From Rebecca billardiae RCC1528 (lineage: Eukaryota; Protista; Haptophyta): a stretch of 64,000 nt of DNA. The DNA lies in NCBI GenBank assembly GCA_965240325.2, contig OZ251250.1, forward strand, positions 124,001 through 188,000, written 5' to 3'. Positions 12,774 through 25,406 of this stretch are shown in pieces. The stretch's first letter is position 1. Each line of letters opens with the position of its first letter. Under the pieces are notes generated by a model. It saw only the letters and a list, made by a program, of their open reading frames with translations, was not told the origin of the DNA and did not search any database. The position numbers and the translations under genes were made by a program.

Positions 12774-15164
12774 ATGACGCCCGGCCCGGCGGAGTACGCC
12801 GGCCCGGCCGTCTTCGCCCTCGAGCTCGCGCTCTACGGCGCGCTCCTCGTCGTCTGCGTCGCGTCCGGCCGCCGTTTCCTGGAACCTTCCGCGCCGTGGG
12901 TGGAGCATGGCTGCCTCACGCGCAAGCTCTTCCACGTGCTGCTCGTGGCGTTCGCGGCGACGCGCGCGGGGTGGGCGCTGCTCGAGCTCGCGCTCACCGC
13001 CCTCCTCGGCGCCGACGCCTCGTGCGTCCGCCTCGCCAACCGCCGGCTCGCGCCGCGCCGACCCGCATGCATCGTCGTCGACTCGGTCGCCGTCTGTCTG
13101 TTCGACACGACGTTTTTGCTCGTGCGCGCCGCGCACCGCCGCGCACCGCCGCGCGTGCGTGCGTGCGTGCGTGCGGCCCCGTCCGCCCGTCTGCCCGCCC
13201 GTGCGTGCGCGCGGCGTGGGGTGCTACGCCGCGCACCGCCGCGCGCGTGCGCGTGCGTGCGCCTCTGTGCGTGCGTGCGTGCGTGCGTGCGGCGTGGGGT
13301 GCCGCGCCGCGCACCGCCGCCGCGCCGCCGCGCCGCGCTCGCCTGCCCTACCCTCACCCTCGCCCTACCCCCCACGCGCCCACGGCACCCGGCGCCCGCC
13401 CGCAGGTGAGCGCGCAGCTCGCGGACGTGCTCGCGCGAGGCTGGAAGTCCAGCCAGCGGCTTTGGTGCGCGCTGCGCGCCGCCGTCGGCGTGCTGTGGGT
13501 GTATTTGGCGTCGAGCGTGCTCGTGGCCGTGCTGGCGGAGCTCGGCGCGGCGGGCGCGGCGGCGCGCGGGTGCGGCGGCGGCGGCGCGCGCGCGGGGCAA
13601 GGGGGCGGCGCGGCGCGGCGCGCGGGTGCGGCGGCGGGCGCCGCGGGCGGCGGCGGGGGGCAGCAGCAGCAGCACGGCGGCGGCGGCGCACTCGGCGGCG
13701 GCGGCACGCCGGCCGCCGCGGCGGCGGCGGCGGCGGCGGGCGCGCACGGCGCCGCCGGCGCCGCCGCCAACGTGGCCGCCCTCGAGGCGGGCGCGCGCGC
13801 GGTCGCTGCCGACTATTACGCGGGCGGTTTCGTCGTACTTGGCGGCTACTCACTTTTACTCGCGCTGTGCGTTCTCTGGCTCGTGCTCGCGCTCTCGCTG
13901 CTGGGCGTGGGCGGGCTGCGCGCGCTGCGCCGCGGCGGCGGCGCCGTCGGCGGCGGCGGCGGCGGCGGCGGCGGCGCGCGCTGGGCGCGCGCGCAGCAGC
14001 AGCAGCAGCAGCTGCCCGCCGCGCGCGCGTCGGCGCTGCGCGTGCGCGCGCACGCGCTGCTGCTGAGCGCGCTCTGTGCCCTCGGCTTTGCGCTGCGCTT
14101 CGCGCTCTTCCTGCGCGCCTTTGAGCTCGCGCGCGCGCACGGCCGCGGCGGCGGCGGTGGCGGCGGCGGCGCGGCCGGGGTGTCGCCGGCGGCGGGCGCG
14201 GCGGGGTCGGACGCGCTCGCGCCGTCCGCGCTCGCGTGGCGGCTGTCCGCGTACTGGCTCCCCGAGCTGCTGCCGTGCGCGTGCCTGCTCACGGCGGAGC
14301 ACTTCCTGAACTCGCTCAAGATCGGCGTCTCGCGCCACCCGGACTTCTCGCTGGCGCCGGTCGCGCGCGTGCGCGCGCGCCGGCGCGCGGCGCGCGCAGG
14401 GCTCGAGCTGACGCGAGCGGCGGTGGGCGGCGGCGGCGCGTTCGGCGGCGGCGGCGCGGCGCCCGAGGGCGCAGGCGGAAGGCTGCCGGGTGGCGGCGCC
14501 GAGGGCGGCGGCGGCTCGGCCGGCCGCGAGCGCGCGCCGGCGCGCGCGGCCGGCGCGCGCGGCGCGGCCGCGGCGGCGGGCGCGAGATTGCAATCTCGCG
14601 CGGCGGCGGCGGGCGCGAGATTCCGCGAGATCGCGGCGGCGAGCGCGGCGCGCGCGGCGGTGGCGGTGGCGGGCGCGCTGGGCACGCCGCCGCCGCGCGC
14701 GCTGCTCCACGCGCACGCACGCCGCGCCGCGGCGGCCGCAGCCGCCGCGCCGACGCCCGCCGCCGCGGCGCGCGGCGGCGCGGACGGCGCGCGCGGACGC
14801 ACCGTCGCCGCGTGCGCGGCTTGCGCGCCGCCCGCGCTGCCCGCCGCCTCGCCCTCCGCCGCCGAGCTGATGGCGGCGGGCGCGGCGCGCGAGGCGCTAC
14901 GAGAGCCTCTGCTGCCGCCTGTCGGCATGGCTGCCGCCGGCGGTGGCGGTGGCGGTGGCGGGCGGCACTGCGGCGGCGGCGGCGAAGGCGGCGGCGGCGA
15001 TGGCGGCGGGCGCGGTGGCGATGGCGCGCCCCTTGCCGCCATGGGCCCAGCGGCAGACCTCGAGAGCGGCGGCTGGTGCGCCGGCAGCGGCCGCGCGGCC
15101 GAGGCACGCGCGCGCCATGCGCCACGCGCCGCCGCGCCGCCGCCGCGCGGCGCGTGGCTCGGCC

Positions 15165-15198
<34 letters not shown>

Positions 15199-15323
15199 GC
15201 GGCTGCTGTCGCTGTTCGCAACCGGCGCCGGCGCGGCGTGGGGCGCGGCGGCCGCGCTGGGCGCGGCGGCCGCGCACGCGGTGTGCTGTGCGCGCCGCCG
15301 CAGCCCACGCCACCTTCCGGTCC

Positions 15324-15354
<31 letters not shown>

Positions 15355-18300
15355 TCGCTCTGATGGAGCGCTGGCAGGGCCGCACCACGGCGGCGGCTCG
15401 GCGGCGCTTGGCGGGCGTGGCGGCTGCGGCTGCAGCGCGGCGCGCTCGGCGGACGCCCTCCTCGCGCCGGGCGCGCGCGCCGTGCCGCCCGCCGCGGACG
15501 ACGAGGACGCGGCCGCCGCCGCCGTCGGCCTGCCGAGCGGCGCGCTGCGCCGGCCGAACGCGCGCTTCGTCGCGAGCTATGTCGTGCGCGCGAGATTGCA
15601 ATCTCGGGGTGGCGCGGCCGCGGCGGCGCGGCGCGCGGCGGCGAGCGCGGCCGCGCTCGACGCGTACTACCCCGGATACTCCGGATACTCGGGATACTCC
15701 GGATCGCCGCCGCCCTCGGGCGGCGGCTCGCCGGTGCGCCGGCCGCGCACCCTGCCAACCACGCTGCCGGTCGTGGCCGGCCGAGATTGCAATCTCGCGG
15801 CCGCGGCCGCCGACGGCGGCAGCGGCGACGACTCGGCCGGCGGGGGCGGCAGCGCCGGCGGCGCTCGGCGGCGCAGCGGCAGCCCGGCCGCCGCGCCGGC
15901 CCCCACGCCCGGCACGCCCCACCCCACCCACGGCCCGCACAGTACCCACGGTACCCGCATGACCCACATTACCCGCACGCTGTATGTGCGCGAGCTCCTG
16001 CTCGAGGGCCCGCTCTCGTTCGCCGTGCCCGCGGGCTGGCTGCTCGCGATCGTCGGCGAGAGGCACCGGCCGGTGGCGGCGCTGGCGGCGTCGCTGGGCG
16101 CGGCCGAGGGCGGCGCGGGCGGCGGCGGGCAGCCGGGCGGGTCGCAGGCGCACGGTGGCGCGGCGCGCGGGGCGGCGGCGCTGGCAGCGGTTGGCGGCGG
16201 CGGCGGCGGCGGCGGCCCGCTGGCGCGGCTGCTCCGACGCTGGGCGCGGCGCGGCAGCGCCGTCGGCGGCGGCGCCGGCACCAACACGGCTGCCGCCGGC
16301 GGCGCCTCGCCCGGACCACCCACCCGGACCGCGCTAATGGCGGCACTCCTCGGCGCGCTCCAGGACGAGCGCCGCCGCACGGGCGCCGAGTGGACGCGCG
16401 CGCAGCTGCTCAAGCGCCACGACTATCTGACCGCGCTGGTGCGCCAGCTCGAGCTGCTGGACGGCTACTACTACCCCGGGTATTCGGGGTATTCGGGGTA
16501 TTCGGGGTATTCGGGGTACGCGGCCGGGCTGGGCGAGGGCAGGCTCTGGTTCAAGCCGTCGACGCGGCGGCGCGACGCGGCGCTGAGCTGCGTGCCGTGC
16601 AACTTGCACGTGCAGTACATGCAGGTCTGGGCCGGGCCGCCCGCCTCCGCCCCCGGCGGCGGCGACGGCGGCGGGTGCGCGGCGGCGCTCGGGCCCGCGC
16701 GGCCCGCGGCGCGCGGCGGCGGCACGCGCGGCGCGGTGCACGTTTGCGTGACGGTGGGCGCGCCGGCCGCGCACCCGCTCGGCTTTGCGCGCGGCGGCGT
16801 CGCGCACTTGGACGAGAGGATCGGCGCGACGGCGCGCGAGCTCGAGCGCTGCCGGCGCGAGCTGGCCGCGCACAGCGTGCACGCGCGCGCTGGCGGCGGC
16901 GGCGGCTCGGCCGAGCCGCCGCCGCCTCCGCACGTGAGCGACGACGCCGCGCACGCGGGAGTCCTCTACCCTAACCCTAGCCCTAACCCTAGCCCTAGCC
17001 CTAACCCTAGCCCTAACCTCTGGACGGGCGGCTCCGTGCTGCTGGATGGCTCCGGCTCGCCGTGGGGCGGCGGCGCGCCCGACCCGACCCTGGTCCTCCC
17101 CCTGCCACCGCTCTCTCCGCCGCGCGCCGGCGGCGGCGCGCACGCGCCCGTCCGAGATTGCAATCTCGACGGCGCGCCTCGGGGCGCCGGCGCCTGCCCG
17201 CACCCGCGCCCGGCACAGCCGCCGCCGCCGCTGTGGGGCGGTGCGGGCGGCGGCGGCACGCCGCCGCGGCCGCAGCCGAGCCCGCTGCGCGCCGCGGCGG
17301 AGCGCGCGCTGCCGCCGCGCTGGGTGGCGGCGCTGGGCGGCGGCGGCGGCGCGTCCGGCGCCCCGGGCGGCGCGGCCGGCGGCGGCGGCGCGGCCCTCGG
17401 CGATTCGTCACCCAGCATGGCCGCCCCGGACTCGGGCGGTTTCAGCATGGCCGCCGAGCACTGCGACTACCTCGCGAAGAAGCTGTGCGAGCTGCGCTTC
17501 GAGCGGATGCAGCGGCTGGACTGCTGCACGGCGCAGGCGCTCGCCATCGTCGGTACTGCGGTGGGCGCGCAACTCCTCGCGCTGCTGCACGATGGAGGCG
17601 GCTGCGCGGACGCGGACGCGGCGGAGGCGGAGGCGGCGGAGGCGGAGGCGGAGGCGGAGGCGGCGGAGGCGGAGGCGGCGGCGGCGGACGCGCGGAAGGG
17701 GGGCGGCGGCGCGGCGAAGGCGCCGCCGCCGGTGCCTCCGCCCGAGCCCGGCGGCGGCGGCGGCGCGGCGCGCGCCACGCCCGCGCCACCGCGCGGCTTG
17801 TGTGGCGGTGGCACCGGCGGCGGCGCCGCCGCCGCGCCGCCGCCACCGCCGCCCGCCGCCGCCGCCGAGCCCGTCTCGCCGCCCGCGCGCCTCTCCGCGC
17901 GCTCCGCCGCCATCCTGCGGCAGTGGTCCCGCCACGGCATCCTCCTCGGCTGGGAGTCGCTCCTCTCCGCCGCGGGGGACGAGGCGGGCATGCTCGCCGA
18001 TTTCGTTGGCACAGTCCGAGCCCTCCGGGCGCAGGGGCTGGCGGTGCGGCTGGCGCGCTCGCGCGCGGGGTGCGCGGCGGCGGGCGGCGGCGGGGAGGGC
18101 GACGGCGGGGGCGGCGGCGCGGAGGCGGGCGAGGTCGGGTCGGCGGGCCCGCCCGCGCCGCGCCCGCGGCCGCGCGCGCCACCAGCCCGCGGCAGCCCTG
18201 AGCAGCCGCCAGACACCGCCAGAGCTGCGAGATTGCAATCTCAGCCGCCAGACGCCGTCCGAGCTGCGAGATTGCAATCTCGCGGACGCGCCGCTGCCGC

Positions 18301-18864
18301 CCTCCCGCCGCTCGCGTGGGGTCGACGGTCGGAGGTGGGCGAGCGCGCGTGGCTGCTCGCGCGCGCCGGCGCGTGGGGGGACCCGCTCGCGTCCGTCCTC
18401 GCGCTGCCCGACGTCAGCGTGCACACGGAGTGCTGGGGCGGCGGGCGGCGCGGCGGCGCCGCGCCAACGGCGGCCGACGCGGACAATGTGCCCACCGCCG
18501 ACGACGACGGCGGCGGCGGCGGCAGCGGCGCGGCGCGGGTGCGGCGGCGCGGCGGCGGTGGCCCCGGCGGCCAGCGCACGGCTCGCTCGCCGGCCACGCC
18601 AGCCGCGTCGCCAGAGGCGGCAGATTCAGCAGCAGCGGCCGCCGCCGCAGCCGCCGCCCATCCCGCGGCGGCTGGCGCAGACGCGGGCGCGGCGGACGCG
18701 GCGGACGCGGCTGGCTTGGACGGCGGCAGCGGCGCGTCCGCGAGATTGCAATCTCGCAGCTCGGACGGCGGCGCCGAGTCCGACGCAGACGCCGCCGCGT
18801 GCGATGGCGAGCGCGGCGGCGACGGCGGCGACGGCGGCGTCGAAGGCAGCAGCGCCGAATCCAG

Positions 18865-18934
<70 letters not shown>

Positions 18935-20816
18935 TCGCGTCGGCTGGTGTTGACGCTGGAGCTTCCGCCGCCGCTGTGGCGGCTGCTGCCGCCCGAGCTG
19001 CGAGATTGCAATCTCGCGGACGCGCCGCTGCTGCCGTGTGTGCTCGCACTCTTCACGCAGGTGCGCGCGCGCCGCGCCGGCGGCAGTGCCGGAGGCCCGC
19101 GGCCGGCCCAGTGCGCCGCGGCGCGCGGCTCTTGCGCGCCCAAGCGCCGACGCGCGAGATTGCAATCTCGCGGCGGCGCCGGGCGCGGCGGTGCGCCCCC
19201 CGCTGCGCCGGCAGGCGCGCGCCCCACTCAAGCCTGACTGACTCGGCATGGCCGCCACTGCCCTGCCGCGCCGGCTCCGCTCGCCCTTTTCCCCTTTTCT
19301 TTTTTCCTGATTTCCTTTTCTCTTCTTTTCTGTGTTTCTCTTTCTTTTCCTTTTCTCTTCTTTTCTGTGTTTCTGTGTTTCTCTCTCTTGTGCCGGGGGC
19401 GCGCAGGGCATCAACCTCACGCAGCAGGTCGCGCAGGCCGTCGGCTCCGCGCAGGCGCGGCTGCAGGAGCGCACCAACGCCGACAGCTACTCACTTTTAC
19501 TCGCCTATGCGCACCGCGTCCTTGGCGCGGAGGCGGCGGCGGCGGGTGTGCCCCTGGCGCGCTCGCCGCACGCTCAGCCGCCGGGCGGTGGCGCGCACGC
19601 GGCGGCGGCGGCGGCGCAGCAGCACGGCGCAGCGCCCGGCACGCCGGGCGGTGGCGTGCCCGGCCTCGGCGGCGCCGGCGGCAGCCGCAGCAGCCTCGGC
19701 AGCGCGCCGCTGCCGCCGCAGCCGCAGCAGCAGCAGCCGCAGCAGGCGGCCGCGTCGCCGCGCGGCGGCGCGCGCTGCTCACCGCGCGGCGCGCCGAGCC
19801 CCGGACTGGCGCCCGGACCGTCACTCGGCTGGGGCGGCGCGGGCGCGCGCACGCCGGGCGGCACGGCTGGCGGTGCGGGCGCGCTGGGCACGCCCCTCGC
19901 CGCGCTCAGCCGCGCGGCCTCCTCCCTCTCCGACTATGGCGCCGGCGCCGGCCCGGCGCACGGCGGCGGGAGCGGCGGCGGCGGCGCGGCGGCGCCTGAC
20001 TCGACGGCCGCCGCCTCGGGCTCGCCCTCGCCCGCGGGGTCGATGACGGCGCCGGCGGCGCTGCTGAGCGTGGCGGCGGCGGCGGCGGCCGCGCACTACT
20101 CCCTCGCCGTCGTGCTGGACGACGGCCGCCACCACACGCTGAGCAAGCTGCAGCGGCTGCACCGTGCGCGCCCGCGCCGCCGCGCGCCCGCCGCCGCGCG
20201 CCCGCGCCGCGCGCCCGCGCCGCGCGCCGCGCCGCGCGCCGCGCCGCGGCTGACGCCAGCCCCCACACACCCCCCGTGCCCCCGCGCCCGCGCCGACGTG
20301 CGCGCAACTCTTCGCGCTGCCCTGCTTCCCGGGCCTCCTTCGTCTTCTGTGCTCATCTCCCTCGGCCGCAAATTCGGCATCGTCAATTGCGTCTCATATT
20401 TCGTTATTATTTATTATTCCCTTTTCTTCTTTTCTTTTCTTTCGTCCCCTCGCGGCGCCGGCTGCGCAGACCTGGTGCACTGCGCGCGCGGCGAGCCGTC
20501 CGTCGACCTGCTGCAGCTGGCGGAGGACGTGGTGCGCCGGCTGCACGGCGTGCGCGTGACGTCGTGCAAGTCGGGCAAGGACCGCACCGCCATGTCCGTC
20601 ACCGCCGAGCAGGCCCACCTCCTTGCCCACGAGCACGGCGTCAGCGCCGCAGACGCAGAGGCGCTCGCCGGCCGCATGCGCCGCGAGGGCGTGCGGCTCG
20701 AGAACGCCAAAAAGAACACGGGGCGCTCGCTGTACGCGTTCTCGCGGCTGCAGCGGCGCTGGCTGCCGCAGCAGTACGCGCCGCCCGAGGGCACGTACGC
20801 GCGCGGCCGCACGTAG
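12774..20816 (+). CDS. 7TM (TOM1/GPR137-like) domain fused to inositol polyphosphate 4-phosphatase (INPP4-type); exons 12774-13121, 13406-19060, 19407-20163, 20470-20816 (~2,368 aa)
   Basis: N-terminal hydrophobic helices with TRKLFHVLL..TRAGW and YWLPELLP. INPP4 blocks FKPS..VPCNLHVQ, VTVGAPAAH.LGF..GG, ILRQW..GILLGWESLLS..GDEAGML, LFTQ|GIN and catalytic CKSGKDRTAMSVT (20565-). All three inferred introns are GT..AG and keep the frame. Confidence 0.85.
16969..17018 (+). repeat. Telomere-like CCCTAA/CCCTAG array, in frame in the large exon (PNPSPNPSPSPNPSPN)
   Basis: Seen directly in the sequence. Confidence 0.75.
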
Positions 20817-21172
20817 GCGGGCGCGGCCTGCGACGGCACCTGTTATATTGATGACCTCACGGCGCAGATCGATTTATTCTCAGATCGAATATATAATATA
20901 ATCGGCGCTTTATTGATGTCGTGTGTCTCAGTCTGAGTGTGCTGATATGATGCTGCTGACGACACTTTGACCACGAGCAGCGAGCGTGCTGCGCACTGCC
21001 TGCGATCGTCCGGACGACAGATGATGGAACTTCGTTGCGAGCAGCAGCGGATCGTCCGCGCCGCCTACTGTCCCGCCCGGATCGAGGCCGCCGCCGATTA
21101 ACGGCGCGCGGCGCGCCCGCGATCATCAGCCAGCCGGTCCGCGGTCGTAGATGAGTCGTCAGCGCCGCTCAC

Positions 21173-23188
21173 TCAGCGCGTCACGTCGACGCGATGGCGG
21201 CCGTCGTCGCCAGTAGGCGTAGCAGCCAACGCGGACGGCGGTAGTTTGGTCTCACTAGCAGCCCCAGCCTGCGCGTGCTCGGCAAGGATGGCCTGGCACT
21301 GCTGGACCACCTCCGCGCTGGGTTTGCTGATGATGGCCGCCGCCGCCGATGCAGCAGCCGGGGGCGGCCGCAGCAGCGCGCCGTCGTGCTCGGCCGCTGA
21401 CGCTGCGTCGGCGGCGGCGTGCCGGGGCCACCCCCCGCTTGGCGGCTGGCGATGCGGATGGTCATCGGCACGGGCGGGCGCGCGGGCGCCCGCCGTCGGC
21501 CGCTGCTGCCATCCGCCGCTCGCCGCCGCCGCCGCCGCCGCCGCCGTCGCCGCCGCCGTCTTGGTGGCGGCGGAGGCCCCGCCCGCCGGCGGCGCGCCCG
21601 CAGACGCCGCACCGAGGGCGCCCGCCGCGGGCAGGCCGAGGTCGTCACACATGCGCTGGCTCAGCTCGGGCGGGAGCGGCGCGCGGGCGCACGCGCCGTC
21701 CGGGGCGCAGTCCACCGGCTGCCAGCTCAGCGCGCCGGGCGGCGTGTTGCGCGCGCCCCGCGGCCGGTCCCTTGGCGCACGCAACGGCGGGATGCGGTCA
21801 ATCTCAAACCGGGAGATCACGGCCGCGAGCACTCGCTCGAGCGACGCCCACGGCACCGAAGCGTTTTCGTTCCAGCCATCGAGCACGGTGCGCGCGGGCG
21901 CGACGCCGGCGGGCGGGCGCGCGAAGAGGCGGACGTGGCGCACGCCGCGGCCCATCCGCATGCGGTTCTCGTCGAGCCAGCTCGGCGCCGCGAGGTGGAA
22001 CCCGCAGTTCACGACTTCGATCGTCGTCCGGCCGGGGCGCATCAGCAGCCCGTGAATGACGTCGCCGCCGTGCATCGCGACGAAGACGTCGGCGCGGCGG
22101 ACGAGGCGGTAGGCGTGCGCGAGCGTGCGCGGCGGGCCCAGCGCCGCCGCGTGGCAGCGCAGCCGCCACCCACCCACCCGCCGGCCCCCCGGGGCCTCGG
22201 CGCACGCGCTCAGCAGCTCGGCAGTGTTCGCAACGTACCGGCGGCCGGTGCGCAGGGCGAAGAGCACGCGGAGCTGCCGCGGCTCGGCGGCTGAGCCGAG
22301 GGCGGGCGGCTCTGCGCGCACGTCGGGGAGGCCGAGCCGCAGCGCCAGCTCGTGCATGCCGACGTACGACCCCGCGCGCACCGTCCGCGCCGACGCCTCC
22401 AGCCGACAGACCCGCAGCCGCTCGTGACAGCCGGAGGCGCACCGGCTAAGGTTCTGCACGGGGCCCTCCAGCGCGCAGAACGACGTGCCGGCGCGGCGCA
22501 GCGGCTCGAGCGCGCGCGCGTGCGTCCAGTACGCGAGCCCGATTTGGCTCGGCAGCGCGCCGAATGCCAGCACCTGCGCCAGCGGCAGCAGCGTGTGCAT
22601 GTAGTGTGCGCCGTGCGCAAGCGCAAACTTGGGCCACAGCAGGGCGGGCGGATCGCGGCTGCGCGCGCCGCCAGCGCCGAGGCTGCCGTTGGCGAAGGCG
22701 CGCGCGGCGGGCGGCGGGATCGGCGGCCAGCGCGCCCACCGCGGCACGCGCGCCTTCCCGCCCGCCACGCGCACGCCGTGCACAAACGTGTCCGCCTCGA
22801 GGTGCCGAAGCCCGAACGAATGAATTGTGTCTGGCACCTGGTGCCACTGGATCGCGACCGCCTCGTCGGCGGCGGCCGGGCCGAAGAGGTCGAGGCGGAA
22901 CGGGCGGATGGCGCACCTCCGCGTGTCGGGGCACGCACTGCGCACCTCCTCGGAGACCGTCAGGCACGCGCGCTGCAGCGTCACGCACGTCATCGCGCCG
23001 CTCGGGTCGGTGACAACGCGCACCGAGCCTGCCGCGCTCGAGTCGGCAGCGGCGACGACGAGCGCCGGGAGCGCGCCGCTGCCGGCGTGGAGGAGGGCAC
23101 GCAGGGCGAGGAGGGCCGGCGCGAGCCTCGGCGCCGCCGCCCGTCCTCGGAGCGCGCCGCAGCCACGGGGGGAGAAGTTCACCGTCAT
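21173..23188 (-). CDS. GT61/DUF563-like glycosyltransferase, copy 1
   Basis: N-terminal signal/anchor; LRVLFALRTGRRYVANTAELL and ADVFVAMHGGDVIHGLLMRPGRTTIEV resemble the GT61 HGA motif region. Confidence 0.72.
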   Translation of the reverse strand: MTVNFSPRGCGALRGRAAAPRLAPALLALRALLHAGSGALPALVVAAADSSAAGSVRVVTDPSGAMTCVTLQRACLTVSEEVRSACPDTRRCAIRPFRLDLFGPAAADEAVAIQWHQVPDTIHSFGLRHLEADTFVHGVRVAGGKARVPRWARWPPIPPPAARAFANGSLGAGGARSRDPPALLWPKFALAHGAHYMHTLLPLAQVLAFGALPSQIGLAYWTHARALEPLRRAGTSFCALEGPVQNLSRCASGCHERLRVCRLEASARTVRAGSYVGMHELALRLGLPDVRAEPPALGSAAEPRQLRVLFALRTGRRYVANTAELLSACAEAPGGRRVGGWRLRCHAAALGPPRTLAHAYRLVRRADVFVAMHGGDVIHGLLMRPGRTTIEVVNCGFHLAAPSWLDENRMRMGRGVRHVRLFARPPAGVAPARTVLDGWNENASVPWASLERVLAAVISRFEIDRIPPLRAPRDRPRGARNTPPGALSWQPVDCAPDGACARAPLPPELSQRMCDDLGLPAAGALGAASAGAPPAGGASAATKTAAATAAAAAAAASGGWQQRPTAGARAPARADDHPHRQPPSGGWPRHAAADAASAAEHDGALLRPPPAAASAAAAIISKPSAEVVQQCQAILAEHAQAGAASETKLPPSALAATPTGDDGRHRVDVTR

Positions 23189-25406
23189 GGCAACTGGCGT
23201 TGTTGTACAAGGATAATACTGTTATAATACTGCTGTATTATAACAGCGGTATTTTTAAAACATACGGCCAAGGGCTGTACCTCTGACCGCTCACCGGTAT
23301 CGCGATGAAGCATGATGATAAACGCAAAAGTAGTGTCATATTTTTAAGAACACGATATACCGCTAAACCGTCGAACCGTTGATAATCGTTCCAGCAATAA
23401 ACTATCGCGCGCCCGCAGTCCCGCACCGGCGCACCCCGGTCTGTACGTTTTCATTAACTGCTGAAACGTATAGCAGTTGACATGGATCGTGGTCAACTGT
23501 ACACGTTACATCAAAGAAAAAGACTACTAAAGAGACGCACGCCGCTCAGCCTGATACCGCTGTGTCGTTGTGAAATCAGAGCAAAGCAGTCATGGTCGCT
23601 AATTAACGTTGGTTGTCGATTCGGTCGCGCGGCGCGGGCGCTGATCAGTCTCGTTATTCACTCTCGTACTCACCTCCCTCATTTGTAAACCGTCACAGTT
23701 GTGTCGTTAAATAACACGGCCTGCCGCCTATTATTGGGAGAGCGGGCCCGGGGTATAGCGACTCGTGGTGGGCCGTGCTGACGCAATCTGTCTGTGCAAC
23801 GGTATAGCGATTCGCGCGCGGACTGCCGCAGTAAAGTGTAAACTAGTTACAGCATGTGTCTGACGACTGGGCGGCGAGTGCGTCACACCACGTTCCGGAT
23901 GCCTCGCACCAGGATTCCGACGCGCGTTCGGACTCGGAGACGGCCCACAGACCGAGTTCAGGTCGGTCCTGCACGGACACTGGACAGCCTCGGGCGGCGC
24001 GCTGCGCCTGCGCGCTGGACCGCGTGGTGCCAACCACCATATAGTCGGCTGTCGGCTTTGGTCCGCGCGGAGCAGTGAGTGTGACCGCGCGCCAAGCGCC
24101 CAGCTGCGCAACGGCCTCAACGAATGCCAACTGTCTGGTCCCGCAAGCAAGGCCAAGCAGCGGTCGACAGAGGCTCATTCCGAACCGCGCCGGCACCCTT
24201 CGTGTTCGGTGTTGCAGCGGTCGAGCGATTGGCAGGGGCGTGGCCGCATCGTATCGAGTGCACGTCGCGCTCAGGCGTCTGCTCACTGCACACGCGCTGT
24301 GCCTCGCGCAGCTCGAGCACTGTGCCTCGTCGTTCGCGACCGCAGGTCCGTGATTGTTCGTTCGTTGCACTCCGTGAAACGCGCGCACAAGGCGTTCTTG
24401 AGACGCGCCGAGCGGCAAGTAGGCGGTCGACCAGTCGTGCAGGGGCGTGACCGCATCATCTTTCGCGCGTGTCGCGCTCAGGCGCCTGCTCACTCCGCAC
24501 GTACTGTGTCACCGCGCGGCTTGGCGGTCTGTGCTGTGATTGGTTTGACTGCCGCGGATCGTGACTATCGGCCGGCTAGCGGCGAGCTCGGCGGGCGAGA
24601 GACGCAATCAGAGCTTGGCGCGAGGCAAGCCGAAGCGCGCGACGGCCATGCACTGCGCCGCGGACGCGCCTCCCCCAAACGGGCATCGTGGCCACAGCAG
24701 CCCGGGTGCGCGCCTCACAGCGGAGCCCTCGGCGGCCTGCGAGCAGCTCCAGACGCGGTCGCGACACGACTCATGAACAGCTCTCAAAGAGCTGCCGAGC
24801 GGGGCCGCCGCGGGCCGCGAGCTATGTATTTTATTGGGATTTTATTTGCTTCTCTTCCAGGCGCCTCTTCGCGAATTTCGCGTAATGCGGTCCGGTGCCG
24901 TAGTCTCGATAGTTGGCGGTTCACCCCCCAATCGTTTTCGTTTGCGCCCGATCTCTGGCTGCTCGAATCCTCGTCAAGAATTCGAATCGTGTATCTGAAA
25001 GTGGCCAGGCCAAGATGCTCATCGCCCGCGCGCGCATGGCGCACGTGCGCCCGGGGGCACGCGCCCGCGGGGGCACTGCGTACGACGACTGCTTCGAGAC
25101 GACGGCTGACGACGCGTGGCACCGCGACCACCGCGGTGGCGCGCGCGCGTCGACGCCAGACGGTGCGTCGAGCTTCCGCTCGGCGATGGAGTGATGGGCG
25201 ACTACGAGGGGGGGGGACGACGGCGAGGAGCGCTGATCCTGGTGTTTGTCTCTGCTGCTCGATCTGCCGCTACAGCTTGCTGACTCTGACGCCTGCCCGT
25301 TGCATACCACGTCGTTAGTGTATCTGAAAGTGGACTACATTTTCCTAGTCGAAGTCGAAGTTTGTAACTCACGAGGCCAGCCGATTTCCGGACAAACTCC
25401 TTGGAC

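Noticed and set aside
12353-19237. The 2294-aa ORF as a complete single-exon gene
   Set aside because: Its first ~350 codons are off-frame or intronic and the catalytic motif lies in downstream exons; replaced by the spliced model.
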